Source of the DNA: a virus
Length of the DNA stretch: 64,000 bases
Strand: one strand, 5' to 3'
IMG/VR virus record: IMGVR_UViG_3300045988_176686
The stretch's first letter is position 1; every line of letters starts with the position of its first letter. A program made the position numbers and the translations under genes. The notes beneath the pieces were generated by a model. The model ran no database searches, was not told where the DNA came from, and saw only the letters and a program-made list of their open reading frames with translations. This document shows positions 1 to 8,800 of this stretch, one piece after another.

Positions 1-328
1 TGTGCCCACTGAAAAAACGAGCAATTCATCGTTTCCTTCTTGCACTTATCACGTTCAGCAATAGCTTCGCGAAGCCATCCAATGAGTGCATTACACTTTG
101 AAATATCGCGAATAGCATTAGGTATTTCATCAAGACAATCAAGCGGAAGTTGCAACAGAGCCTCCGTATTGTCGCTCAACAGTCTTGCCTTCTGCGTGAA
201 AAGACGCAACGTTTTTACATCCTGACCAATGCGTTCAGCATATTCTTTAGCCATATTAGCTACATGGTTGGCAGAAGTAGAGGTAAGTCCCTCTTTTCCA
301 AAAAATACTTGATTCATATTATATGTCA
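1..328 (-). CDS. hypothetical protein, N-terminal part (ORF runs off left edge)
   Basis: ATG at 328-326, 2 nt after stop of upstream gene; frame open to nt 1 (MTYNMNQVFFGKEGLTSTSANHVANMAKEYAERIG...). Confidence 0.4.
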
Positions 329-330
329 TT

Positions 331-1428
331 TCAATTTATTCTTCCATATATCTCCCTCAGTTCATCACGAGTGAGAAAAATGTTGCTTTCGTGACAAAGT
401 TTAATGAAGGTGTTTCCGGTGACTTTAGGGTAATGAGAAAACTGTGGCCACCTCTCCCGAATTTCAGATTCGCGATGAGCTTTAGAGTCTGATGGGCGAA
501 AACGAGATATGCGTCTCCACATATCCATTCCTGCTACAGGGTCTATGCTATATAAAGATATACCACACTTCACCCATGCGTCATAATTCTGCATAATGTC
601 AACACCTTTCGCCTCGATTTTACTGACTAAACGCTGCGCTTTTAGATAAACAATATCTGGTGTATCATTCTCCCAAGAGCGTTCTCCATATATAGTGCCA
701 CCACAGGGCGCATGCCTTGATACGTCAGAGAATGTTCGCTGATAATGCGAGATAGGAGATAATTCTACTTCGCTCACCTCCATACCCTTATAAGCCACAG
801 CATTTTCGTTGATATAGATATGTTCTTTGTCATCCCAAGAGGCAAAACGCACACGACCTATATTGCCACATTGTTTGTCGAGCATAATGCCAAATGCAGC
901 ATACTCTTTGAGCAATGCTTTGAATTGTTCCTTATGGCGTTCGGGATAGGCAAGACGTATCAAGCCAAAATACCCCGTGCCTGAACAGGAACGCATCAAC
1001 AATGCTATCTCTGGACGGAATTGTGCCAAATTACGTACATTATCGAAATTGGAGATTTGCTTATTATCGTCAAGGTCAATATCGATGGCAAGCCAACCTG
1101 TATGTTGCTGCAAGTGAGTTTCGCGACGCGACACCATCACACGCTGCCCTGGATGCGTAAGGCTATCATCCTCATAGAGAGAGAAAAGGCCACTGAGTGT
1201 TGCGCCAGGTAGTTTCTTTTTGGTTTCTATATACTCCGGCATCTTCTTAGCCTTGCTGCCATATTCTTTGCGCATAGCTCGCAAGCGTTGCACATACGGC
1301 TTCCATCTATCCGTAAGGCAAAACTCACGAATAGACATTTGCTGGATGCACTCCCCCGTGTCATAATCTACAAATCGACCATAAGCATCGGTGGCAGATT
1401 CATATATGGAGCATATTTCGTCAAACAT
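331..1428 (-). CDS. primase-like protein (BT4734/VirE-N-type domain plus PriCT-2-like C-terminal domain)
   Basis: 365-aa ORF; WLAIDIDLDD, RSCSGTGYFGL, GRVRFASWD resemble VirE_N/BT4734 family; AWVKCGISLY...GMDMWRRISRF resembles PriCT-2 (recalled, not searched). Confidence 0.55.
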   Translation of the reverse strand: MFDEICSIYESATDAYGRFVDYDTGECIQQMSIREFCLTDRWKPYVQRLRAMRKEYGSKAKKMPEYIETKKKLPGATLSGLFSLYEDDSLTHPGQRVMVSRRETHLQQHTGWLAIDIDLDDNKQISNFDNVRNLAQFRPEIALLMRSCSGTGYFGLIRLAYPERHKEQFKALLKEYAAFGIMLDKQCGNIGRVRFASWDDKEHIYINENAVAYKGMEVSEVELSPISHYQRTFSDVSRHAPCGGTIYGERSWENDTPDIVYLKAQRLVSKIEAKGVDIMQNYDAWVKCGISLYSIDPVAGMDMWRRISRFRPSDSKAHRESEIRERWPQFSHYPKVTGNTFIKLCHESNIFLTRDELREIYGRIN

Positions 1429-1463
1429 ACAGATATTTCAATTTTTGAATTTTATTTATGCTG

Positions 1464-1471
1464 CAAATTTA
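1464..1471 (-). promoter_or_regulatory. candidate Bacteroidota -7 promoter box (TAAATTTG on minus strand)
   Basis: Matches TAnnTTTG; 36 nt upstream of ATG 1428; same GCAAATTTAATAATTA string recurs at 43975. Confidence 0.3.
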
Positions 1472-1648
1472 ATAATTAAATATTGGTTGTACAAAGGTTG
1501 GCTTTGTTATTTTCCCTTTTTAGACAAAATACAGAACCTCAATCAATGTTCACCTTTATTTACTTATGCTTCCATAAGAATACATAAATCATTATTCCAC
1601 GCAAAGAATACTTCATAACCATTGGTTTTCACCCCTTACACATCAAAC

Positions 1649-1656
1649 TACCTTTG
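1649..1656 (+). promoter_or_regulatory. candidate -7 promoter box TACCTTTG
   Basis: Matches TAnnTTTG, 15 nt upstream of ATG 1671, heads a 5-gene plus-strand block. Confidence 0.35.
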
Positions 1657-1670
1657 CAACAAGTCCGATA

Positions 1671-2207
1671 ATGGACGAAACACAAAAACAAAACACTATG
1701 CAAATTAAAACGCAAAATGGCGACTACGATGTTGCCAGCAAGGGACTTGGCAATACTGCGCTTGGTCTCGGCATCGCTGGATTGGCTACCAGTCTGTTAG
1801 GCGGTGGTGCATTGCTCGGTGGTTTGGGTAATGGCAGACAAATGACTGCCAACCCTAATGACCCTGATGCAAGGTTTGTAACAAAGAGTGAGACTAATCT
1901 TATTCAAGAGAACTCTACGCTCAAAACAGAACTTGCTATTCAGAAGAGTGAAAACTACACCGACAAGAAGTTGGTAGAAGTAACGCAGTATATCGACGGC
2001 AAGGTGAACCGCCTTGAAGATCGAGTAAACGCAAACAAAGATGCACAGCAAGCCATTAACGCACAGCAAATGGCTTACAATGCAGCTGCCAATGCAAACA
2101 TTGATGTGTTGAAGTCGCAGGTTGCTTCGCTTTCAAGCGTTACCAAACTCTTTATTCCTTCAACCAATGTTTGCCAAACTGGATGCGGTTGCGGTTGCAA
2201 CGCATAA
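1671..2207 (+). CDS. membrane-anchored coiled-coil protein with C-terminal Cys cluster
   Basis: 178 aa; Gly-rich hydrophobic segment (approx res 26-55), heptad-rich middle, C-terminus CQTGCGCGCNA. Confidence 0.5.
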   Translation: MDETQKQNTMQIKTQNGDYDVASKGLGNTALGLGIAGLATSLLGGGALLGGLGNGRQMTANPNDPDARFVTKSETNLIQENSTLKTELAIQKSENYTDKKLVEVTQYIDGKVNRLEDRVNANKDAQQAINAQQMAYNAAANANIDVLKSQVASLSSVTKLFIPSTNVCQTGCGCGCNA

Positions 2208-2210
2208 AGC

Positions 2211-2642
2211 ATGATGAGTATGGAATATTCCAATTCACAAATCTTGGCTGCGGTCGTGTCTGAATGGGCACGACCCGCCATTTCGCAAATTGCTGCCAGC
2301 AATGTAATGCGTCTGCCCATGCTCCAATCATTACAAGCATCTATTGGGGCTTTAGGATTGGTAAGTGGGGAATACAACCTGCAAAAGGATATTGAACCAC
2401 TCATTCATCCAGTAGTCAATTCGCTCATCACCCCAATGCTTGCCCGATATTTCGGACAAATACCCGAAGAAAGCATACCGCAGATGGCTCACGACATCAT
2501 AGAAAAGGTGCGCTACAATGGTCCGCTATCGGTACTTGAAGGCATGATTACGTTTGACGAGGAAGATTTGGATGAACTTGCCGATCTCTTGCAAAAGAAC
2601 TTACCTGTAGAGAACGCAGAGCATTATCAAGTGAAGAGATAA
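2211..2642 (+). CDS. hypothetical protein
   Basis: 143 aa, ATG 4 nt after previous stop; no motif recognised. Confidence 0.5.
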   Translation: MMSMEYSNSQILAAVVSEWARPAISQIAASNVMRLPMLQSLQASIGALGLVSGEYNLQKDIEPLIHPVVNSLITPMLARYFGQIPEESIPQMAHDIIEKVRYNGPLSVLEGMITFDEEDLDELADLLQKNLPVENAEHYQVKR

Positions 2643-2696
2643 GTTTATTAACCAAAGCGGCGGCTCGCTTCGTCGCTATACTAAAACAGAAATTAA

Positions 2697-3128
2697 ATGA
2701 TGAACAAACGTACTTTTCCGGCTCACATTACAGCCACACTTGCAGTCGGCGCAACTGCCACTGCTCCGTATTATGACGTGAACATCACGCAGCAGCTATG
2801 TACTCCTGCTTGTGTGGACGAAACACCAGTGTTCTCGCCTACATTTACCGTAAAAAGTATTGCCAACGTAGGTACATCACAATATCTTGTTGTGCTCCAT
2901 GTGGAGGGTGTAATCAACTATGTGCCTTGTAACTGCGGAACATGCTGCACACGCTCTCAGGTGATAAGTCAAGACTTTACCATTCCTGTGTTTAGTGCTA
3001 CAGCTATTGGAAGCATAACACCTTCTATCGGCACTGTGCAAAACGGCATTGCACGAATAGCATGCTGCTCTTGCAGCAAGACGTTCGTGTCGGATGTACC
3101 TCTTACCTTAACCATAACCGCAGCATAA
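2697..3128 (+). CDS. Cys-rich hypothetical protein
   Basis: 143 aa; clusters CNCGTCC and CCSCS; Ala/Thr-rich hydrophobic N-terminus. Confidence 0.5.
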   Translation: MMNKRTFPAHITATLAVGATATAPYYDVNITQQLCTPACVDETPVFSPTFTVKSIANVGTSQYLVVLHVEGVINYVPCNCGTCCTRSQVISQDFTIPVFSATAIGSITPSIGTVQNGIARIACCSCSKTFVSDVPLTLTITAA

Positions 3129-3129
3129 C

Positions 3130-3420
3130 ATGGCAATACTATTGACAAGTTTTATTGTCATGGTATCGGTCAGTCTCATTCACCACCTCGGCTTGGCTCA
3201 CGCCATTTCAGAGGTGGTGGATAAGGTGCTTTCGTGCAGCCAATGCCTCACGTTTTGGAGTGTGCTTGCAGGACTTGTATATATAGGTACCGATATTATT
3301 ACTGCTATGTTCTTCGCCATCACAATGGCGTATTTGTCTAATTGGTTGGGATTATTACTGTTATATCTCCAACGACAATTCAACATATTATATGGAAGAG
3401 AAAAAGACAAAGAAGAATGA
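3130..3420 (+). CDS. small membrane protein (about 3 TM, holin-like size)
   Basis: 96 aa, starts 2 nt after previous stop, hydrophobic with charged tail REKDKEE. Confidence 0.5.
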   Translation: MAILLTSFIVMVSVSLIHHLGLAHAISEVVDKVLSCSQCLTFWSVLAGLVYIGTDIITAMFFAITMAYLSNWLGLLLLYLQRQFNILYGREKDKEE

Positions 3421-3534
3421 AAAAAAGTTTGCGGAAGTTTCTGCCACCTTTCAGCGACCTATCACATTCACTACCTTAGTGCCAGCAATACCTAAATTCA
3501 AAGGGTCTTGCCCTAACTGCTAAAAAGAAAAGGA

Positions 3535-4032
3535 ATGAAATATATTCAACTAATAGAACTGGCTCGCGCCACAGGCGTAGCTAATGAGAAAAAAATGTGG
3601 GATGCCATTCAACAAATGTCGTGCGACCTTACAGCCATCGAAGCTGAACATCCTGAAATGTATTGGCGTATCATGCGACACCAACATGCCATACTGTATG
3701 ACCGTCATTATAGCGAGAAGTTTGCCAACCACGACGTGAACCGCCTGGAATATGGCGAATTAGACGAAGAAGGTATGCCTACTAAATGTGGACCGCATTG
3801 GACTCGCTCACAAGTGATTGAAGCCACGGAAGGCATGAAATTCCCCCCAAAGGTAAACGATTGGGATAAATACGTAGCCTTCAACTCTATGTATGCCGAC
3901 CTTTGCGCAGATATGAATGAAGAAGAAATCATCAAGGCTGCATACCTTTTCTACTTTTGTGATGCTGATTGGCAACACGATAACGACTGCACCAAAATAT
4001 GGGATTACACGACCATGCACGCTACCATGTAA
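3535..4032 (+). CDS. hypothetical protein
   Basis: 165-aa ORF with ATG start, acidic, no motif recognised. Confidence 0.55.
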   Translation: MKYIQLIELARATGVANEKKMWDAIQQMSCDLTAIEAEHPEMYWRIMRHQHAILYDRHYSEKFANHDVNRLEYGELDEEGMPTKCGPHWTRSQVIEATEGMKFPPKVNDWDKYVAFNSMYADLCADMNEEEIIKAAYLFYFCDADWQHDNDCTKIWDYTTMHATM

Positions 4033-4212
4033 AAAGCTTCGGTCTTGTTTATACGTTCCCATATATCTCACAACTGAAAAAATCTACCCTAAAACAGGGC
4101 TATTAAAGTCCCCTCGCGCCAACAATTATGCCGCAAAGGGACTTTCATTGCGTCCTCATTTACACGTCTTATCCTTCTATTAGAAAATCTTTTTACAAAT
4201 GTTATTATCATA

Positions 4213-4235
4213 AGCAAATGTTACGTACCTTTGCT
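4213..4235 (+). promoter_or_regulatory. inverted repeat AGCAAA-N11-TTTGCT overlapping a TACCTTTG -7 box (4226-4233)
   Basis: Seen directly; about 30 nt upstream of LysR-type gene start; 11-nt spacer is reminiscent of LTTR boxes. Confidence 0.35.
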
Positions 4236-4264
4236 ATTAGGAACACATTAAATACTCTACTGCT

Positions 4265-5170
4265 ATGGAATTACGACATCTACGTTCCTTTGTTTACGTT
4301 GCTGAAACACTCTCGTTTTCTATTGCCGCTACAAAGTGCTGTGTCACCCAGTCTGCTATCAGCCAGCACATCAAAACTCTTGAAGATGAGTTAGGCTGCA
4401 AGTTGCTTGTTCGTACTTCTCACGACATCACGCTAACTGAATATGGAGAAGCCCTTTTGCCTCGAGCAAAAGATATTCTCAAACAGACTGCCGACTGCAA
4501 AGAGCATATCTACGCACTCAACAACTGCATGACGGGTGAACTGCGCATTGGTGTCGGCTCATTCATTGCGCCATATATCCGTGTGGCTGCCATGATATTC
4601 ATGGAGCGTTACCCGAATGTGCGACTGAATGCTGAACTCACCAAAGCCACCAGTTTAAATCATTTGTTGCGCAATCACGAAATTGACATTGCTTTCACCA
4701 TGAACACGGCATACACGCATGAGGGAATTGAGTCGCAACCTTGCATTCCCTTCCACATTTATGCGATTATGCGCAACACGCATCCCTTAACTCGTCTACC
4801 TAAAGTTTCTTACGATGATATGCTACGCCATAGCGTGATTATGCCAGCCGTAGGTGAACGTGTTTTCAATACTTTTCAGCAATACATTCAACACGACCTA
4901 ACTAAGCTGAACATCAAGTGCATTGTGAGTGATCCAGATGAAGACCTTGCTATCGTGGAAGAAACACAAAACATCACTTTCATGCCTAAACTTTACCTGC
5001 GGAACCACCCTACCCTTGTGGCAAGACCTATCATAGGATTAGAGCAAGAGATAATGAGTAATACGCACTGGATGCGCGATGTGCCACTCAAACGCTCCGC
5101 ACAGATATTTCTCGACATTATCCGTCAAGAGGCTATTCCTTACATCAACGAACTGGAAAAAACCTACTAA
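4265..5170 (+). CDS. LysR-family transcriptional regulator
   Basis: 301 aa; N-terminal MELRHLRSFVYVAETLSFSIAATKCCVTQSAISQHIKTLEDELGCKLL is a typical LysR HTH; length and C-terminal substrate-binding-like domain fit. Confidence 0.85.
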   Translation: MELRHLRSFVYVAETLSFSIAATKCCVTQSAISQHIKTLEDELGCKLLVRTSHDITLTEYGEALLPRAKDILKQTADCKEHIYALNNCMTGELRIGVGSFIAPYIRVAAMIFMERYPNVRLNAELTKATSLNHLLRNHEIDIAFTMNTAYTHEGIESQPCIPFHIYAIMRNTHPLTRLPKVSYDDMLRHSVIMPAVGERVFNTFQQYIQHDLTKLNIKCIVSDPDEDLAIVEETQNITFMPKLYLRNHPTLVARPIIGLEQEIMSNTHWMRDVPLKRSAQIFLDIIRQEAIPYINELEKTY

Positions 5171-5182
5171 AACACCTATTCA

Positions 5183-5218
5183 ACGGCAAAGTTCACTTTT
5201 TGGACTTTGCCGTTTTTC
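5183..5218 (+). terminator. rho-independent terminator
   Basis: Perfect 10-bp stem ACGGCAAAGT/ACTTTGCCGT followed by TTTTT, 13 nt after LysR stop. Confidence 0.7.
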
Positions 5219-5820
5219 GTGAACATTTTTACCCTCAAAAGTCCAAAAATGGTTTTGACCTAATTCTTAATTTTCCTTTCATTGTTCAAAACGGCTTTCA
5301 AAAGAACATTCACAGACCCCCATTTGACTACTATTTGACTAAACCAAAAGAGGCTTTTTCTTCTTGATTTCTAAATACTTACCTTTATAAAGTTCAAAAA
5401 AATTATTATTTTCTTGGAATACACGAGCGTAAAGACAACAAAAAGATAAAAGAATATATATAAATCCACACCAAAATAATACCGTTTGGCAAATGTTTGC
5501 TTTATACCGCTACCCATTTTTGCATTGAATATCAAGTGTTTACAACATAGCCGTGAATGCTACTCACTTATAGTTTGGGGTTAGGGGATTTTGTTTTTGG
5601 AGAAAAAAGAAAATGGTTGGAATTTTATATATATAGTAGCGGAATTGGGTGGATTTTTGAACTTTTGGGAGTTGAGTTGGTAAAAAAGTTTATGAATATC
5701 AATGAATTAGATGAAAAGTCCATTTTGAACTTTTGGTTGGGCGGAGTGGTCAAGCAAGAAAAAGACCGCCACGTAATCATAACGGAGCGGTCCTTACTTT
5801 TTACTAAATGATTGGGACTA

Positions 5821-5858
5821 TTAAAATGTGAAGTGAGTTGTTGTTTGTGTGCTTCACA
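5821..5858 (-). terminator. possible terminator of tape-measure operon
   Basis: 7-bp stem TGTGAAG/CTTCACA with 18-nt loop, followed on minus strand by TTTTAA; 32 nt after stop at 5890. Confidence 0.3.
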
Positions 5859-5889
5859 ATTCCTGTAATGCCTTTAGGTATGCTTGGCT

Positions 5890-8800
5890 TTATGATTTAC
5901 CTTTCATGAATTGATTGGCTTTCGACATGCTATCGTAGAGATTACCTCTACCGTACATATCTATCTTAGCATGGATAGGTTGGTCAAGACGCTGCATAAG
6001 CGTGTTTATAGCGGTTATGAGCGCGGTATTCGCTGCGCGACTATCAGCTATCAACCCGTCAGTTGCTGACGCACCTGACGAAAGATTACCTAATGCTTCG
6101 GCAAGGTTGCCTTCGTCGAATGCACGACGGGCCGCGTTGCGTCCCGAATAGTTTGCATCGTAATTGACGAGCGCCTTTAACAAAGATGGATTGTTCATCA
6201 TCATCGCCTTAGTGGTTTCGCGACCAATCACTAACTCAGGACCATTCTCGGCAACCAGGGCACGCTGTCCGTTTATGGTGGTTGCAGTGGGCGTGGTGAG
6301 AAGGTTGACACCACTCTTCGGCTTATATTGTTCCTTTGCCCAATAGATTTCACCATTGTCGCCCACAAAAGGCTTCATGTCTTGCACATTACCACTGTCG
6401 TAGGTAAGCATACCCGAAACAAGTTTTGTGTTTTTACTGGAAGAGTTATTACTCTTGTTCTTGCCTCCACCAAAAGCTGCATTTAAACCCCACTGCATTA
6501 ACCCTGTAAGGAGAGCCATCACTGCGGCAGCGGCAATAGGACCCGCAATAGGACCAAGGAACTCAAAACACTTACCAACTGCACCGACAATAGAGAAAGT
6601 ATTTTCAGCTTGTGCCGTATTCTTACTTTGCTCTACCACTTGCTGATCATTGTTTTTCTTTAGTTGAAAGTTGGTATTCAATGCTGTATCAACAATCGCA
6701 TTGGTAGTATTTTGCTTTAGCTCTTCCGTTTTAACCTGTGCCTTGCTTTCTTCCTCAGTAGACTTGGTAATTTCCTTGTTGCCTTTTTTATTTATCGTCT
6801 CACGTTCTTTGACGCCTTGCTTGGTTTCTTTCGTGAGTTCCTTTTGGTGTTTCTTGGCTTCTCTCTGTTGTTTCCGTTGTTCACGTTTCTCGCGTCGTGA
6901 TTGCTTACTGCCAAAGTCGGTATTCATGATAGCACCTATGACACTGCCAGCCATGCCCGCAGCAGCCTCGCCAAAAGAATATTGTCCTGTGGCTACACTC
7001 GCCGCGGCTTCACCAGTTTGCGATGCCACGTTTGTGGTGGTAGGCAAAACTGCTGTGGTGGGAGATGCTGGTGCGTTACCCGTTTTTCCAGACGGGCTAT
7101 GCTCGGTTGACACAGGCTTTACATTCTTATGATCTTCGCTTTCAGCATAAGGAACTCCCGTCGGATTGCCATTCTTATCCTCCAAGCCCAAATTACCAAG
7201 AGGCATTACATCAATGATTGCATGAATAGGATTCGCCGCTGTCCCCAAGTCTGACGGAATATTCAGTTCTCCATTCGATGCAGCCTTTGCCGAAGCCATG
7301 CGTGCTGCCTTTATGTCAGGCTTCGCTTTATCATTTGCATTCTTTACCCCCGCATTATTAATGGCTTGCCACATCTGTTTGTTTACATCATCCAGAGCCA
7401 TTTTACTCCACGATTCAAGCATCGATTTGAGCGCACTCTTAATAGCCTCATTTGCGCTTTTTGCATCGTCTTTCATTGTTGCCAATGCTTGACCTACTGC
7501 TGCACCAAAATCCTCAATAGGCTGCACAAAACTCTTCATTTGCGAGAGGCGTTCCTTCATTGAAGCCGCCACTTGATTCACGTAAGCAAGTTCAGCTTCG
7601 TAACGAGCACGCTCGGCTTCTTCTCGAAGTTTTTGATTATTCGTGTTTTGTTTTACAAAGGCGTAATAATCTTCTGCGGCTTGCATACGCGCTTTCATTA
7701 AGGCAATTTCGGGGTCGTTCTTAATATCCGTCAATCCTAAGTTAGACCCGAAAGTAGATTGCTTGCCGTACATTTTCTGTTGCATTTCAATCAACTTAAT
7801 ACAGTCTTGCACTTCCTTGTTACGTGCCTTCTTGCTCCAATCGAAATCTATAATCTTCTTTGCTTTGTCGTATTGTTGCTTTTCGGCTTCCGTATAACTC
7901 TCTGTGTACTTAATCAATTCGTAATAAAGAGCCTTTAGCTTTTGTACATTTAAAGCAGAAAAATCAAAACCTTCATTTGCTACCGAAAGATACTCTAAAA
8001 AATCTGACTTAAACGTATCACTCGCAGGATTAAGTTTGTAAAGTTCGGTTACAGAGGCTCTTGCCTTTGTTGTTAGAGCGTCAAACGACTCACTCATTTG
8101 TTGTAATCCCGATGAAGAATCCGCACGCAAGCCTTTGGCAGGTTGTAAAAATCCAAGCTTATCAAAGTTACTACGTGTGTCACGATTTACTGCTCCGGTA
8201 TAGTCATTCTCATTCAGTATCTTCTGAATTTCGCGTTGCTGTGCAAGTAATTTTTCGGCAGCTTCACGCAATTCTTTTGAACCATTTGCAAATATTTGGT
8301 CGAGCAATGCTCCCAAATTTTCAGAAAGCGTTTGATGATTTTCCTTTGACAAATCGCCCGACAATTTCTCAAATAAGTCATGCAGCTCTTTAATATTCGA
8401 ACCTTTCATGGCTTCTATTAAATCCTTAGAAGTCTCATCGGTCTTCACCATCATGTCCTTTATAGGCATTTCTTGTAGGAATTTCTCCCACTCATCACTA
8501 TTCTTCGCAATAGACTGTTTGGCTTTACCCAGGGCAGTACTCATTCGAGTGTCGATATAGTCAAGCATCTGTTGCTGCTGACCATCGCTCACCTTCTCAC
8601 CATCTGCATTCATGGTTGTTACCCATTCCAAGTACTTACGCTTTTGTTCTTCGTAGAATGCCTTAATATTCGAGACAAGTGCATTTGCGCGAGCTTTGGC
8701 TGATTGCTCTTGTTCCCTCAGCTTATCATCCTTTTTATTATGTTTCTTCTTATGATCAGGAACTAACGTCTCATCACCATCACTAAGCGAATTTACGTAA

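Noticed and set aside
3418-3528. Possible 36-aa gene (MKKKFAEVSATFQRPITFTTLVPAIPKFKGSCPNC) needing one extra A in an A7 run
   Set aside because: It is too short and depends on a hypothetical indel. It is noted only as consistent with the homopolymer-error pattern.
5557-5811. 84-aa plus-strand ORF in the 670-bp gap after the tape measure
   Set aside because: It starts with TTG, has an odd low-complexity translation and has no promoter box. It lies between two convergent terminators, so it was treated as non-coding.
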